Below, in pieces: positions 41,448-53,655 of a DNA stretch of 64,000 nucleotides. Each line of letters begins with the position of its first letter. The first letter of the stretch is position 1. The stretch lies in contig CAVXTM010000018.1 of the NCBI GenBank assembly GCA_963764725.1, positions 288,001 to 352,000 on the forward strand, read 5' to 3'. Both the position numbers and the translations under genes were made by a program. The notes beneath the pieces were generated by a model. It was not told the DNA's origin and did not search any database. It worked only from the letters and a program-made list of their open reading frames with translations. Source of the DNA: an uncultured Gammaproteobacteria bacterium (GTDB lineage: Bacteria > Pseudomonadota > Gammaproteobacteria > JACCXJ01).

Positions 41448-41960
41448 TCACGCGCGTTTGGGCGACACCACCATCACCATTTGCCGCCCCTCGAGACGCG
41501 GGAACTGCTCGACGACCGCATGCGTGGCTAAATCCCCTTCGACCCGTTTCAGCATCTGCGCCCCCAGTTCTTGGTGCGCCATCTCCCTGCCCCGAAACCG
41601 GAGCGTGACCTTGACTTTGTCCCCCTCGTCGAGAAACCGGATCATGTTCCGGAGCTTAATCTGGTAATCCCCTTGATCCGTGCCGGGTCGGAGCTTGATC
41701 TCCTTGACCTGAATCTGCTTCTGCTTGCGTTTCTGCGCATGGCGTTTTTTACTCAACTCGAACAGGAACTTGCCGAAGTCCATCACGCGGCAAACGGGAG
41801 GGTCCGCCGTCGGGACAATCTCTACCAGGTCTAGGTTATTCTCCTCCGCAGTCTTCTGAGCCTCCGCCAGTGAAACAACGCCGACTTGATTCCCATCCGG
41901 CCCGATCAGGCGCACGCGTGGCGCGCTTATTGACGCATTGACTCGATTTTTCTTATCGAT
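41448..41960 (-). CDS. infC: Translation initiation factor IF-3 (non-AUG start, ATC)
   Basis: [31 protein letters not shown]; GGAGGA RBS 7 nt before an in-frame ATC at 41960. Confidence 0.95.
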   Translation of the reverse strand: MDKKNRVNASISAPRVRLIGPDGNQVGVVSLAEAQKTAEENNLDLVEIVPTADPPVCRVMDFGKFLFELSKKRHAQKRKQKQIQVKEIKLRPGTDQGDYQIKLRNMIRFLDEGDKVKVTLRFRGREMAHQELGAQMLKRVEGDLATHAVVEQFPRLEGRQMVMVVSPKRA

Positions 41961-43890
41961 ATCTCAATCCTCCTGCTGATGTCCGGCCGCGTGTCGTGAT
42001 CTCGGTTTGTAGGCGCTCAGTCATCTCGTTCAAGCTCATCGTCCCCAAATCCTTACCGGCCCGGGTGCGCACCGAGACGGTTTGCGTTTGTATCTCTCGG
42101 TCGCCGGCGATGATCATATACGGCACTCGCTGCAACGTGTGCTCGCGGATCTTAAGGCCGATCTTTTCATTTCTCAAGTCAGGAACCACTCGAAATCCGT
42201 GAGTTAAAAGGGTTTCCGCAAGCCGCTGTGCGTACTCGGCTTGACCGTCGGTGATGTTGAGAACCGCGATTTGTAGCGGCGCCAACCACAATGGCAAAGC
42301 CCCGGCATGTTCCTCGATCAGGATCCCGATAAAACGCTCCAACGAGCCGAGGATCGCCCGGTGCAGCATCACGGGCGTGCGGCGCGCGCCGTCCTCGGCG
42401 ATGTAGTGAGCGCCCAGACGCTCCGGCATTGAAAAGTCGACCTGAATGGTGCCGCATTGCCACACGCGTCCGATACAATCGGTGAGAGAGAATTCAATCT
42501 TTGGACCGTAAAAAGCCCCTTCACCCGGTTGCAGCGCCCACGCCAGCCCCTCGGCGTTCAAGGCCACTTCGAGCGCCTGTTCCGCCTTATCCCAAACTGC
42601 GTCGCTGCCGACGCGCTCTGCGGGACGCGTGGAGAGTTTCACGATGACGTCGGTAAAACCGAAATCGCCATAGACCTCGAACAGCAGGTCGATAAAGGCT
42701 GAGACCTCCGCTTGGATCTGATCGTCGGTGCAGAAGATATGGGCGTCATCTTGCACGAAATGGCGCGCGCGCATCAGCCCGTGCAAGGTACCCGACGGCT
42801 CGTTACGATGGCAAGATCCGAATTCGGCCAGCCGCAGCGGTAACTCCCGGTAGCTGCGCAAGCTCTGGTTGAAGATCTGCACGTGGCACGGGCAGTTCAT
42901 GGGCTTGACCGCGTAATCGCGGTTCTCCGAGCTAGTCGTAAACATGACTTCGCGGAATTTATCCCAATGCCCGGACCGCTCCCACAGGCTTCGATCCACG
43001 ACCTCGGGGGTCCGCACTTCTTGATAGCCATGCCGGTGCAGTTTCTCGCGAATGTAGGTTTGGATCGTCTGATAGATCGCCCACCCCTTCGGGTGCCAGA
43101 ACACCATCCCCGGCGCCTCGGGCTGCATGTGAAAGAGGTGCAAGTGCTTGCCGATCTTGCGGTGATCGCGCCTCTCCGCCTCTTCCAGCCGCCGGAGATA
43201 GGCATCTAGCGCCTGTTGGTCTGGCCACGCGGTGCCGTAAATCCTTTGCAGCATTTCGTTACGCGGATCCCCGCGCCAATAAGCGCCAGCCACCTTGGTG
43301 AGCTTGAAGGCCTTGAGCTTGCCGGTGCTTGGGACATGCGGACCGCGGCAGAGATCGATGAAATCGCCCTGGCCGTAGAGCGAGATCTCGTCCCCGTCGG
43401 GGATGGAGGCGATGATCTCGGCCTTGTAGTGCTCTCCCAAGCTTCTAAAAAACGCCACGGCTTCGTCGCGCGCCAGGAGCGAGCGAGTCACCTTGAAATC
43501 GCTCTTGGCGAGCTCCCGCATCTTGGCCTCAATGGCCTCCAGATCTTCGGGTGTGAAGGTGCGTTCGTAGGCAAAGTCGTAATAAAACCCATCGTCTATC
43601 ACCGGACCGATCGTTACCTGAGCGCTGGGAAACAGGCTCTTGACCGCTTGGGCCAGGAGGTGCGCGCAGCTATGGCGCAAGACCTCAAGCCCTTCGGCAT
43701 CGGTGCTCTTGACGAGCGCAAGCTGACAATCCCGGTTGATGACATACGAGGTGTCCACGAGACGCCCATCGACCTTGCCGGCCAAGGCGGCGCGGGCGAG
43801 ACCGGGGCCGATCGCCTGGGCGACGTCGGCCACGGACACCGGTTGTGAAAATTCCTTGCGGTTCCCGTCGGGGAGGGTGACTGCGGGCAT
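41953..43890 (-). CDS. thrS: Threonine-tRNA ligase
   Basis: TGS domain, RHSCAH, DLCRGPH, KPMNCP, GAFYGPK, HRAILGS. Confidence 0.99.
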   Translation of the reverse strand: MPAVTLPDGNRKEFSQPVSVADVAQAIGPGLARAALAGKVDGRLVDTSYVINRDCQLALVKSTDAEGLEVLRHSCAHLLAQAVKSLFPSAQVTIGPVIDDGFYYDFAYERTFTPEDLEAIEAKMRELAKSDFKVTRSLLARDEAVAFFRSLGEHYKAEIIASIPDGDEISLYGQGDFIDLCRGPHVPSTGKLKAFKLTKVAGAYWRGDPRNEMLQRIYGTAWPDQQALDAYLRRLEEAERRDHRKIGKHLHLFHMQPEAPGMVFWHPKGWAIYQTIQTYIREKLHRHGYQEVRTPEVVDRSLWERSGHWDKFREVMFTTSSENRDYAVKPMNCPCHVQIFNQSLRSYRELPLRLAEFGSCHRNEPSGTLHGLMRARHFVQDDAHIFCTDDQIQAEVSAFIDLLFEVYGDFGFTDVIVKLSTRPAERVGSDAVWDKAEQALEVALNAEGLAWALQPGEGAFYGPKIEFSLTDCIGRVWQCGTIQVDFSMPERLGAHYIAEDGARRTPVMLHRAILGSLERFIGILIEEHAGALPLWLAPLQIAVLNITDGQAEYAQRLAETLLTHGFRVVPDLRNEKIGLKIREHTLQRVPYMIIAGDREIQTQTVSVRTRAGKDLGTMSLNEMTERLQTEITTRGRTSAGGLRYR

Positions 43891-43980
43891 GGATGCAGCG
43901 ATTTAGGCGCTTGCGCGTTCGGTTGGCTCTAGCGATTGCATCGCCGAACTCTCGGAGATTCTATGGCTCTTCGGCAAAAT

Positions 43981-44361
43981 CTATGGGTATTCAGTTAACT
44001 CCCTCTCCCACCCGGGAGAGGGCGGGGGTGAGGGGATCTCAACCAAGGCAGCGCGAATACTCTCCAAGACCGCGTCAGGATCTCCAAGCACTTTATGATT
44101 CCAAAAACGAATCACGCGACAACCCGATACCTTGAGATATTCAGTCCTCTGCAAGTCGTTCGAGACCTGCTCGGCATGCTGGCCACCATCGACCTCGATG
44201 ACAACTTTGGGCTCCAAGCAGAGGAAATCCACGACGTAGGGTCCCAGGACCTGTTGACGTCGAAACTTGACGCCGTCGAGTCGTCGACCGCGCAATCGAC
44301 TCCACAAGCACCGCTCCGCCTCGGTCGAATTCTTCCTCAGCGCCCGGGCCAGACTGTTCAT
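43981..44361 (-). CDS. DUF559 / Vsr-like endonuclease domain protein
   Basis: ARALRKNSTEAE..LW..FRRQ..YVVDF..IEVDGGQH..VIRFWN. Confidence 0.9.
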   Translation of the reverse strand: MNSLARALRKNSTEAERCLWSRLRGRRLDGVKFRRQQVLGPYVVDFLCLEPKVVIEVDGGQHAEQVSNDLQRTEYLKVSGCRVIRFWNHKVLGDPDAVLESIRAALVEIPSPPPSPGWERELTEYP

Positions 44362-44414
44362 CGGTCTCTCTATCCCCTCACCCCTGCCCTCTCCCGGAGG
44401 GAGAGGGAGTTAAC
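43994..44414. repeat. Pair of ~43-bp inverted REP-like palindromes (43994-44037 and 44372-44414) flanking the DUF559 gene
   Basis: atcccctcacccc(c/t)gccctctcccgg..ggagagggagttaac occurs on opposite strands. Confidence 0.85.
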
Positions 44415-44442
44415 CGTGGCGCCCCGCAGTATCAAGGAAATT

Positions 44443-44519
44443 TGGTAGGCGCGATTGGACTCGAACCAACGACCCCCACCATGTCAAGGTGGTGCTCTAA
44501 CCAGCTGAGCTACGCGCCT
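44443..44519 (-). tRNA. tRNA-Val(GAC), copy 1
   Basis: AGGCGCG acceptor stem, anticodon loop TT-GAC-AT, CCA. Confidence 0.97.
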
Positions 44520-44624
44520 GCTTATCAAGGGTGCAAGAGGATACCGAAAATCATCGGCTCTGGCCAGAGGTAGGAAAGGTGCGGTTGTATGTTCTATTTT
44601 GTAGAAATTAATGAAAATGTATTT

Positions 44625-44790
44625 CGGACTGTGGGGGCTGGTGGGCATCAATCCACAGACCTTTGGTTGCGGTGCGGCAGCTCGTCCAGCCCTTGGGACA
44701 TCAAGCCCGTGGGAGAGCAAAGAGCGTCGCGCCGTTTTCTCACCGACAACCCGAACGGTTGCTGGGGCCTGTAAGCCCGTATTTTTGCAA
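44625..44790 (+). ncRNA. Putative IS110 bridge RNA
   Basis: 5' hairpin (ctgtgg..ccacag), then guide-like segments TCCAGCCCT and GGGAGAG matching the target, and ACGGTTGCT matching the element right end. Confidence 0.7.
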
Positions 44791-44798
44791 GGAGGGGT

Positions 44799-45755
<957 letters not shown>

Positions 45756-45817
45756 ACACGGTTGCTCTCCCGGGGGGAGAGAGGATAACCGTGGCGCCCC
45801 GCAGTATCAAGGAAATT

Positions 45818-45894
45818 TGGTAGGCGCGATTGGACTCGAACCAACGACCCCCACCATGTCAAGGTGGTGCTCTAACCAGCTGAGCTACGCGCCT
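45818..45894 (-). tRNA. tRNA-Val(GAC), copy 2
   Basis: Identical to 44443-44519. Confidence 0.97.
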
Positions 45895-45957
45895 GCTTAT
45901 CAAGGGTGCAAGAGGATACCGAAAATCGTCGGTTCTGGCCAGAGGTAGGAAAGGTGC

Positions 45958-48900
45958 GGTAGTGTCTCAGTTTGAATTTCGGCTACCGACCCGAAGCGGA
46001 CGCTGGACCCGCGCTCCGAAATTGCCACAGATCGAGATGAGCGCCGCCTTCGTGCGCTGAAGGAAGGTAAAGTTTTTCGGCGTCAATGGACAGTTTGAGG
46101 GCTGGCGGCCGGGACTTGTTAGTACTGTGGCCGCCCACTCCTCGCCGCTGCTTCTATACCTTGGCGAGCGCTTGTTCGAGTCGTCTAGCTTCCGCGACTC
46201 CCAGGCGGATAAGAGCAGCGAGGATGCGGTCCACCTCGAACCGTAGCGCGTCATCAGCGCCGAGCAGTGCTGCGTCCTGAGCGCGGACGTTCTCGATCCA
46301 AAGGCATACACGCCGGCCGATCCCGTGATCGAACCAGAACCGACTGTCATCCTGATAGCTGTCGACCCACGTCTTGGCGGCAGCGACCATGAACGGCAGA
46401 TGTGCGGGCCTCGGCGAGACCTCAAGCAAGTTGAGCGCGACCAGCGCCACAAACAGGCATGGCCCGCTCTGCACGAGCTTTTCGAGCACGAGCAGAAAGG
46501 GCGCGAGCCGATCGATACCCTTCGGTAGCAAGTAGCACTGCGTGGGTTGGGCAAAGCCGTGCTGATTGAAAAAGAGGACTGCAATCGCGGGCCCGATGTG
46601 ATGCATCTCGATGGATGTCGAGCGGTTGCGCGCCATCCATTTCCACCCCCTACTCTCCATCAACCGCTCGGCTAGCTTGGCCCGGATACCGACTGTGGCC
46701 GACTCCGCCACACCCTGCGCGCCGAAGTAGACCGTGTCAACGCTTCGCACGAGGTCGGCGATTGCATCGTAAAACGACTCGTCGGGCAGCGCGGCCAACG
46801 GCTCCAGCGCCAATTGCTCTACCTCCGCCCATGAGAGTCCTGCCAGGCACCGAGCGACGAGGTCGAAGTAAGCGTTGTTCCATTCCATCGGCGGATCGCT
46901 GACCTCCTCGCTCCGATCCAGGCCCGCACCGTTCAGAGCCATGGTCCAGGGACCGTAGATCCTGGCGATGTCGCACAGCCATGGATTCTTGGCGACGTCC
47001 CCGAGGCTTTTCGCGTTGGTCAGCCACAGTGCGGCCGCCTGATGATCGGCGTACTCGTCGAACCGCTTTGGCTCAGGCTCAGCATCCTCTGCTCGTCCGT
47101 CGAGCAGCCGGAAGCGCCGCCTGCGCCGCGGCTGCTCCTCGGGAAACTTGGGCCAGTCGGGCTCGGGTCTGAAACCGCTAAGCCACGCCATTTCAGCATT
47201 GACAGCCGCGCGCAGCCTTTTCCGCCAGAGCTCTTCGCCCGCCAGGCGCTCGCTCTCCTCGGCATTCCAGGTACGCCTTCGCCGGATGCACGACGCGAAA
47301 GCGCATCGGAGCACCGCGCGCGGCAGCCGTTCATCGATGGAAGCAAGCACCTGCGCAGCCGCACCCAGGCCGTGCGCGGCTGCTGGATCGCCGTGCGCAG
47401 CTATCTCGAGAACGGCGCGGATCTCGATCCGCTCGCCGATGGTCCTTGGCCGCGTAGATCGTGCCGGCGAATGCGATGGCAACAGGATTGAAACGAAGCC
47501 CCAAGCGGAATCGAGGCGCCGTATCCTCCTTCGCTTCCAAGGCTGACGCGAAAATGCCGCGTGCCCATTCGACCTGCGCTGCACGCAGTTCCGCATCGCC
47601 ATCGCGCATCGCAATCATTGCCGCGGACACGATCGCCTGTTCTCGCATCCTTGCTTCATCGCCCTCGGCCTTAACGCTCGTCGCACCGGATTGCGCCCAT
47701 TTAGCCGCAGCTGCGGCAAATCGTGGCGAGGACGCGGACGGATTGTCGAGCGCGTTCCCAAGCGCGAGCTGCATATTCGTTTCCGCATTCTTTTCTTGCG
47801 ACTCCGCCTGCAGGGCGGCGAGATGCTCTTTCTCCGCTTCAGGCGATACATATTGACGCGCAGTCTCTTGCGAGCCATCGCGCAATATAACGGTCGCTTC
47901 CCGCCAGTTGGCAGGATCAAGAAGATTGAGCGCGTGGACGACCATCAGCCGAGGATCGGCCAGGGTCGACTTGGCTTCCGGCGCTCCCAGGCGTTGTGCG
48001 GCTTGGCGCAGCAGCGCAACAATCAGGTCACGCGACTCGACATGTCCGAATACGGCGATCTTCCCAAGCAGGCGGTCAAGCGACACCTTGCGCGACACCC
48101 GCTTCTTCAGATCTTCGACGCTGACCAACCCGGACGGCTCCTTTTGAAGCGCCTTAAGCTCGAACAGGTCCGGGTACTCGAAGTTGTCGTGCACCTGCCG
48201 CTCCCGATCGAGGCACAGGAGTTCCGGGCAGGCGAGGAACGGTGTCGCCGACTCGCGCGACTTCGGCCAGTGGGAAAGGATGAGATCGATGGCCACGAGG
48301 AGGTAAGCGGCCGGAGTACCTGGTAGGCCGATCACGTCGTCGAGAACCTTCTGGAAGTTCTCCCCCGCCTCGATGCGGCGATGTGCCCACGCCTCGAGCG
48401 CCATGAGTGCCGAGGTCACGCTGTGGTTTCCGTTCGCGTCCCTCGGCCAGATGTACGACCGCTTCCAGGAAAAGCTACGCTCGCCGTCGGGCAACGCGAG
48501 CACCAGTGCATCGGCCTCGGGCTCGCGGCGTCAACTGTAGAACGAGATCGCGTGATCCACCAACCTGCGGATCAACGAGAGCCCGTGTTTGGGCGCATGC
48601 GTGAGGAGATCGAGAAAAGGACCCTGCGAAGGCGAGGCTGGCAGAAAGTCATGGTCGACATAATCAAACGGTTCCTCACGATCTTCGCGGCTATCCCGTT
48701 GCTGTGACCCACGCTTCGGAATCAGCGCATTCGCAGTCAGTTCGGCGAGTTCCGCCGGCGCGGCCTGGGCGAGGGTGCCCCGGAATTTCAGAATGCTGTG
48801 CACCGCGTCTTCGCCGCGCTGCCGCTGACCCAGCGTCCTGAGGTACTCCACCGCGAGTTGTGGAGTGCGATTGGCGAATAGTAGGAAGGCGCTGCGTATG

Positions 48901-51495
48901 TCGGACTCTAGCGAACGCATCCGCTCATAGTCGATCTCGCCGCCGAACGGCTTGAGCAGATCGCGGAACGTCGCGCCGTCCCGCGCCGTCTCGATTTCGC
49001 TCAGCCATTGATGCAGCCATTTCTGGAGCAGCGGCGTGAGCGGATCTAGCCCGAGCATTCCTCTGGACCATGCCGTGTACAGATCGACGACATCCGGAAG
49101 CGCCGCATGTGGCAGCCCGTCGGCGAGGCGCAAGAGCCAGACAATCAGGCGATGCCAAGACGGCCCGCTGGGTACGTCGAGGCTCGCCGGAATGGAGGTT
49201 GGGTCGATTCCTAGCGACGCAAACTGCCTCGCCGCCGGTTCGGTGTCCACAGCCATTACAACCCGGATGAGCTCGCGGAGCGCAGCCGCTCGATTGGCGA
49301 GCAGATAGTCCGTGGCGCGCGTCAGCAATTCCGAGCTGATCTCGGAGCGGACCAGCGCAAGCAACGCGGCCCGGCGCCATGAGCCGTGCACGTCCGCGTG
49401 GCTCAGGCGCTCCAAGACAGACTGCCAGGCCTTGCTATCGTTGGCCCGCTCGATCGCCATGCGTGCGGCGAGCTCAATGCCTCTTGCGAGCGCAACCGGA
49501 GCGGGCTGGCCGAGCGGAAGGCGATCGATGGTCGCCGGCTCGGAATGCAGTAGGTTGGCGATTGCCCATTCGCGGAGCACGTCGTGGCGAAAAGCTACGC
49601 GATCTCCACCCAAATCCCGCAAGCTCTCGCTCGCTACGAGCGCGTTGAGCGCCGCCGCTGGTTGGTCTTTGACGTAAAGCGGTTCGGCGCGAGCCAGGGC
49701 CTGTTCCGCCAACGCCCTCAGAACTCTGGCGCGCTCCCGCTGCTTATCGTCGAGGGGGCCGTCGGCGGTCTGCCACCAGCGCTCGGCCATGTCAACCTCG
49801 CTGCGTGGCATCGGGTCGCCCGCTGCGCTTCCCGCCAAGCGGTCCAGACGGAAGAGGTTGCACGCCACGTTGCGAGCCGGGTGGCTGTCGGCCAGAAGAA
49901 GCGCGAGTCCAGGTGCGGCCTGTCGCATCTCCTCCACCTCGGCGGGGGTGGGTTCCTCGATCACCAGCGGCTCCGCCCGTCCCAGCCGGTTCAGCGCGTC
50001 TGCCGGCAGCCAATCCGGGTCGTCCACGCCAAGTTTGCGGCGTGCCGTCGCGATCACGGCGAAGCCTGGAACATTCGAGGCTTCCCGCACGAGATCGACG
50101 ACGGTCCTGCGCTCCTGTTCCTCAAAGAAATCCAGGTTGTCGACGAAGAGAATTGCCCCACCATCGCCCGCCAAATCCGTGAGCAGATCATGCGCCGTGC
50201 CCTCGAAGCCCAGCCCGGCGCGCATCGCGGTCCACCCTCTTGGCGTCGTCCGGCCGGGGCTGAGGACAATGACGGGGGCTTCTATTGCCGCCTGCTGGGC
50301 GAAATGCTTCAGCAGGCCGGACTTGCCTACTCCGGCATCTCCGCGAATCTCGACGTAGCGGCCGACTTCAAGCGCAGCGTGGATGGCCCCGACAAGCTCG
50401 TGGCGGGTAAGCTTGGCTCCGCCCACTCGGTCAACGATGTCCTCAAGCGCATGGCGGGAGGCCTCGGCCAGAGCGGCACGCGCACTCGCGTAGCGTCGCT
50501 CCCCTGCCAACCGAAATCCCTGCTGCCTCAGCTCTCCGACCAAACCACCGCGCGTGCGGTCGCCGCCGCTGGCCGCGACCTTCAGAGCAAGCTCGACCAA
50601 GGCGGACCAGAGGCTCCCGGCTCGTTCGCCGTCGTCGGCATGAAGAGCGCGAACTGCGCGTTCCCTGGCAAGTTGCTCGGACGCAGAGCCTTGGGTAGTG
50701 AAGTCAAAAACGAGGATCTGAAGCCTGCCGAGCAATCGCCACACGGTCTCGTCATCGCTCGGCGCCCCCGCATCATGGAGATGTGTCCGGAACGTCCTCA
50801 CGAACGTCCGCATGTCGTCATTGGCCGATCCCGGACGGTCGATGCGTGTAAAGAACGTCGCCGCATCGCCGAGTTGGCGCGCCCAGGTCAGAACATCCTG
50901 GTAAGCCCCATCGATCTTCCGTGATGTGCGGGCCGTGGCGATGGCGAGCTCGTATCGAATGCTCCAAAAGTCGGTACGCCGCGACGCCATTGCGATCTGG
51001 GCGACGACCGCCCGGAAAACGTCATCGGCTGGCGCGAAGGTGATTGTGCGCTTGACCTGAATCTCCAGGACAACGGCATCGCCACGGGTGTCGTGCGCGT
51101 ACACGATGACGTCATCGAGCGGCCGCCCCTCGGCCGCTCGCTGAAACTGGATCGAATCGGTCGTTGTACCGGGCAACCCGCGCGGCTCGCTGCCTATCAG
51201 CAAGGCGAGCAGATACGAAGCGCCAACCTGTCCCTCGAAATGGCTGCCCGCCGGGCCGCTTGCCGCCGGGCTGCTCGCGCTAGCCGCCACGTGCCGTCGT
51301 GTTCATCATCGCTCAGCGCATCTTCTCATATTGCGACCAGCATGCGGCACCGGCACCTGTACGCGGAGGTTGGCGGTGCACAAGGCCTAGGGATCAAGCC
51401 TCGTCCGCGTCAGGAGTACTCAATCGGGTGGTTTTAGGCTCGTCGCGAAGTGACCGCTTCTGGCCGATAGGCGAAATTCAAACTGAGACACTGCC
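45958..51495. mobile_element. 5.5-kb non-autonomous element bounded by 47-bp imperfect terminal inverted repeats
   Basis: 45958-46004 and the reverse complement of 51449-51495 match at 40/47, with a perfect core AGTGTCTCAGTTTGAATTTCG; no transposase inside. Confidence 0.75.
46154..51290 (-). pseudogene. Large nuclease-NTPase (Avs/STAND-like, ~1700 aa) interrupted by an in-frame TGA (48531-48533) and a frameshift (~47440)
   Basis: N-terminal LDDVIV..LEIQVK PD-(D/E)xK-like motif, Walker A GDAGVGKS, Walker B ILFVDNLD, long helical C-terminus across ORFs 48531-51290, 47331-48503 and 46154-47614. Confidence 0.75.
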
Positions 51496-51567
51496 AAACG
51501 CGCGTGCACTCTTCGGATTTAGGCGTGCCGCGAGCGCTTGCCGTGGACCACGTTTCATGTCCGTAAG

Positions 51568-53589
51568 TTATATCACCGCCCGTTGCGAGGGGATCCCAAA
51601 CACCGCCGCGCGAATCCGGCCGATCTCATCGCGCAGTTGCGCCGCTTGCTCGAACTCGAGATCCCGTGCATGCCGGAACATCTTTGCCTCGAGTTTCTTG
51701 ATTTTCTGTAGCGCCCGTTCGGGCGCGAGGGTCCGGTAATCGCTTTCGGGTTCCTTTACGCTACTGTGACGCCTCGGCGCGGTTTCCGCGTAACTGACTT
51801 CGATGAGCTCCGTCACCGCCTTGGTGACCCCGCGCGGCGTAATGCCGTGGAGAACGTTGTAATCGACCTGCCTGGTGCGGCGGCGGGCCATCTCCGCCAG
51901 CGCCCGTTCCATCGAGCCGGTTATCTCATTGGCGTACATGATGGCCCTGCCCGTGAGGTTGCGGGCGGCGCGGCCGACGGTTTGAATCAGCGATCGCTCC
52001 GAACGCAAAAACCCTTCCTTGTCCGCGTCCAGGATCGCGACCAAGGAAACCTCCGGGAGATCCAAGCCTTCGCGCAAAAGGTTGATACCCACCAAGACAT
52101 CGAAGCGCCCCAGGCGCAGATCGCGAATGATTTCGACCCGCTCGACGGTATCGATGTCGGAGTGGAGATAACGCACGCGCACCCCGTGCTCGGAGAGATA
52201 ATCGGTGAGATCCTCCGCCATGCGCTTGGTGAGCGTCGTCACCAGCACCCGTTCGTTGATCCGAACGCGCGCGTTGATCTCGGAAAGTAGATCATCGACC
52301 TGGGTCGCTTGCGCCCGGATCTCTACCTCCGGATCGACCAGGCCCGTGGGTCGCACCACCTGCTCGACGACTTGCGCCGAATGCTCCAGCTCATACGGGC
52401 CGGGCGTTGCTGAGACGAAGACCGTTTGCGGCGCGAGCCCCACGAACTCCTCGAATTTCAATGGGCGATTATCGAGCGCCGAGGGCAACCGGAACCCGTA
52501 GTCCACCAAGTTTTCCTTGCGCGACCGATCGCCGCGATACATGCCGCCGAGCTGCGGGATCGTGACATGGCTTTCATCGACGACCAGCAAGGCATCGGCG
52601 GGCAGATAGTCGAAGAGCGTCGGCGGCGGCTCCCCCGGACGACGACCCGAGAGATAACGCGAGTAGTTCTCGATCCCGGCACAATAGCCGATCTCGATCA
52701 TCATCTCGAGATCGAAGCGCGTGCGGCTCTCGAGCCGTTGCGCCTCCAGCAGCTTGTTGGCGGCGCGTAATTCCTGCAATCGATCCCTGAGATCGACCTT
52801 GATCGCCTCGACGGCTTCGAGCAGCGTTTGCCGTCCGGTGACATAGTGTGTCTTGGGATACACCGTGAGCCGCGGGACCCGGCGCAGGATCTCGCCCGTG
52901 AGCGGGTCGAAAAAGCATAAACTCTCGATGCTGTCGTCGCAGAGTTCGACCCGCACCGCCTCGCGCTCGGATTCGGCCGGAAAGATATCGATCACATCGC
53001 CGCGAACCCGATAGGCCGCGCGACGCAGCTCGAGATCATTGCGGGTGTACTGAAGCTCGGCCAAGCGTCTTAGGATCTGGCGTTGGTCCACGGTGCCGCC
53101 ACGCACCAGATGCAGCACCATGCCGTGGTAGGCGGACGGATCGCCGAGACCGTAGATCGCCGATACCGTGGCGACGATGATGCTGTCGTTACGCTCGAGC
53201 AGGGCTTTGGTCGCCGAGAGGCGCATCTGCTCGATGTGCTCGTTAATCGTCGCGTCTTTCTCGATGTACGTATCCGAGGCCGGCATGTAGGCTTCAGGCT
53301 GGTAGTAGTCGTAATAGGAGACGAAGTATTCGACCGCATTGTCGGGAAAAAAACCACGCATCTCGGCATAGAGCTGGGCCGCTAAGGTCTTGTTGGGAGC
53401 CAGGATCAAGGCCGGCCGCTGGACATGTTCGATCACGTTGGCGATCGTAAAGGTCTTGCCGGAACCCGTGACACCGAGCAAGGTTTGGTAGGCGAGCCCA
53501 TCATGGAGACCGGTGGTGAGCCTGCGAATAGCCTGGGGCTGATCTCCGGCCGGGCCGAAGTCGCATTTTAGAACGAAGCTCTTTCTCAT
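51568..53589 (-). CDS. uvrB: Excinuclease ABC subunit B
   Basis: [38 protein letters not shown]; start ATG at 53589. Confidence 0.98.
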   Translation of the reverse strand: MRKSFVLKCDFGPAGDQPQAIRRLTTGLHDGLAYQTLLGVTGSGKTFTIANVIEHVQRPALILAPNKTLAAQLYAEMRGFFPDNAVEYFVSYYDYYQPEAYMPASDTYIEKDATINEHIEQMRLSATKALLERNDSIIVATVSAIYGLGDPSAYHGMVLHLVRGGTVDQRQILRRLAELQYTRNDLELRRAAYRVRGDVIDIFPAESEREAVRVELCDDSIESLCFFDPLTGEILRRVPRLTVYPKTHYVTGRQTLLEAVEAIKVDLRDRLQELRAANKLLEAQRLESRTRFDLEMMIEIGYCAGIENYSRYLSGRRPGEPPPTLFDYLPADALLVVDESHVTIPQLGGMYRGDRSRKENLVDYGFRLPSALDNRPLKFEEFVGLAPQTVFVSATPGPYELEHSAQVVEQVVRPTGLVDPEVEIRAQATQVDDLLSEINARVRINERVLVTTLTKRMAEDLTDYLSEHGVRVRYLHSDIDTVERVEIIRDLRLGRFDVLVGINLLREGLDLPEVSLVAILDADKEGFLRSERSLIQTVGRAARNLTGRAIMYANEITGSMERALAEMARRRTRQVDYNVLHGITPRGVTKAVTELIEVSYAETAPRRHSSVKEPESDYRTLAPERALQKIKKLEAKMFRHARDLEFEQAAQLRDEIGRIRAAVFGIPSQRAVI

Positions 53590-53655
53590 GGGGATTCTGT
53601 TGCGGCGCAAACTCGAGTATATTACACCGCTCGGGACACAGCATCGGGAGCGTTC

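Noticed and set aside
49584-50924. 446-aa plus-strand ORF and other long antisense ORFs (e.g. 16729-17412, 39918-40637, 58275-58970)
   Set aside because: Shadow ORFs opposite well-supported genes in GC-rich DNA, with no motifs
53590-53655. SOS box upstream of uvrB
   Set aside because: No CTG-N10-CAG match seen in either copy of the upstream region
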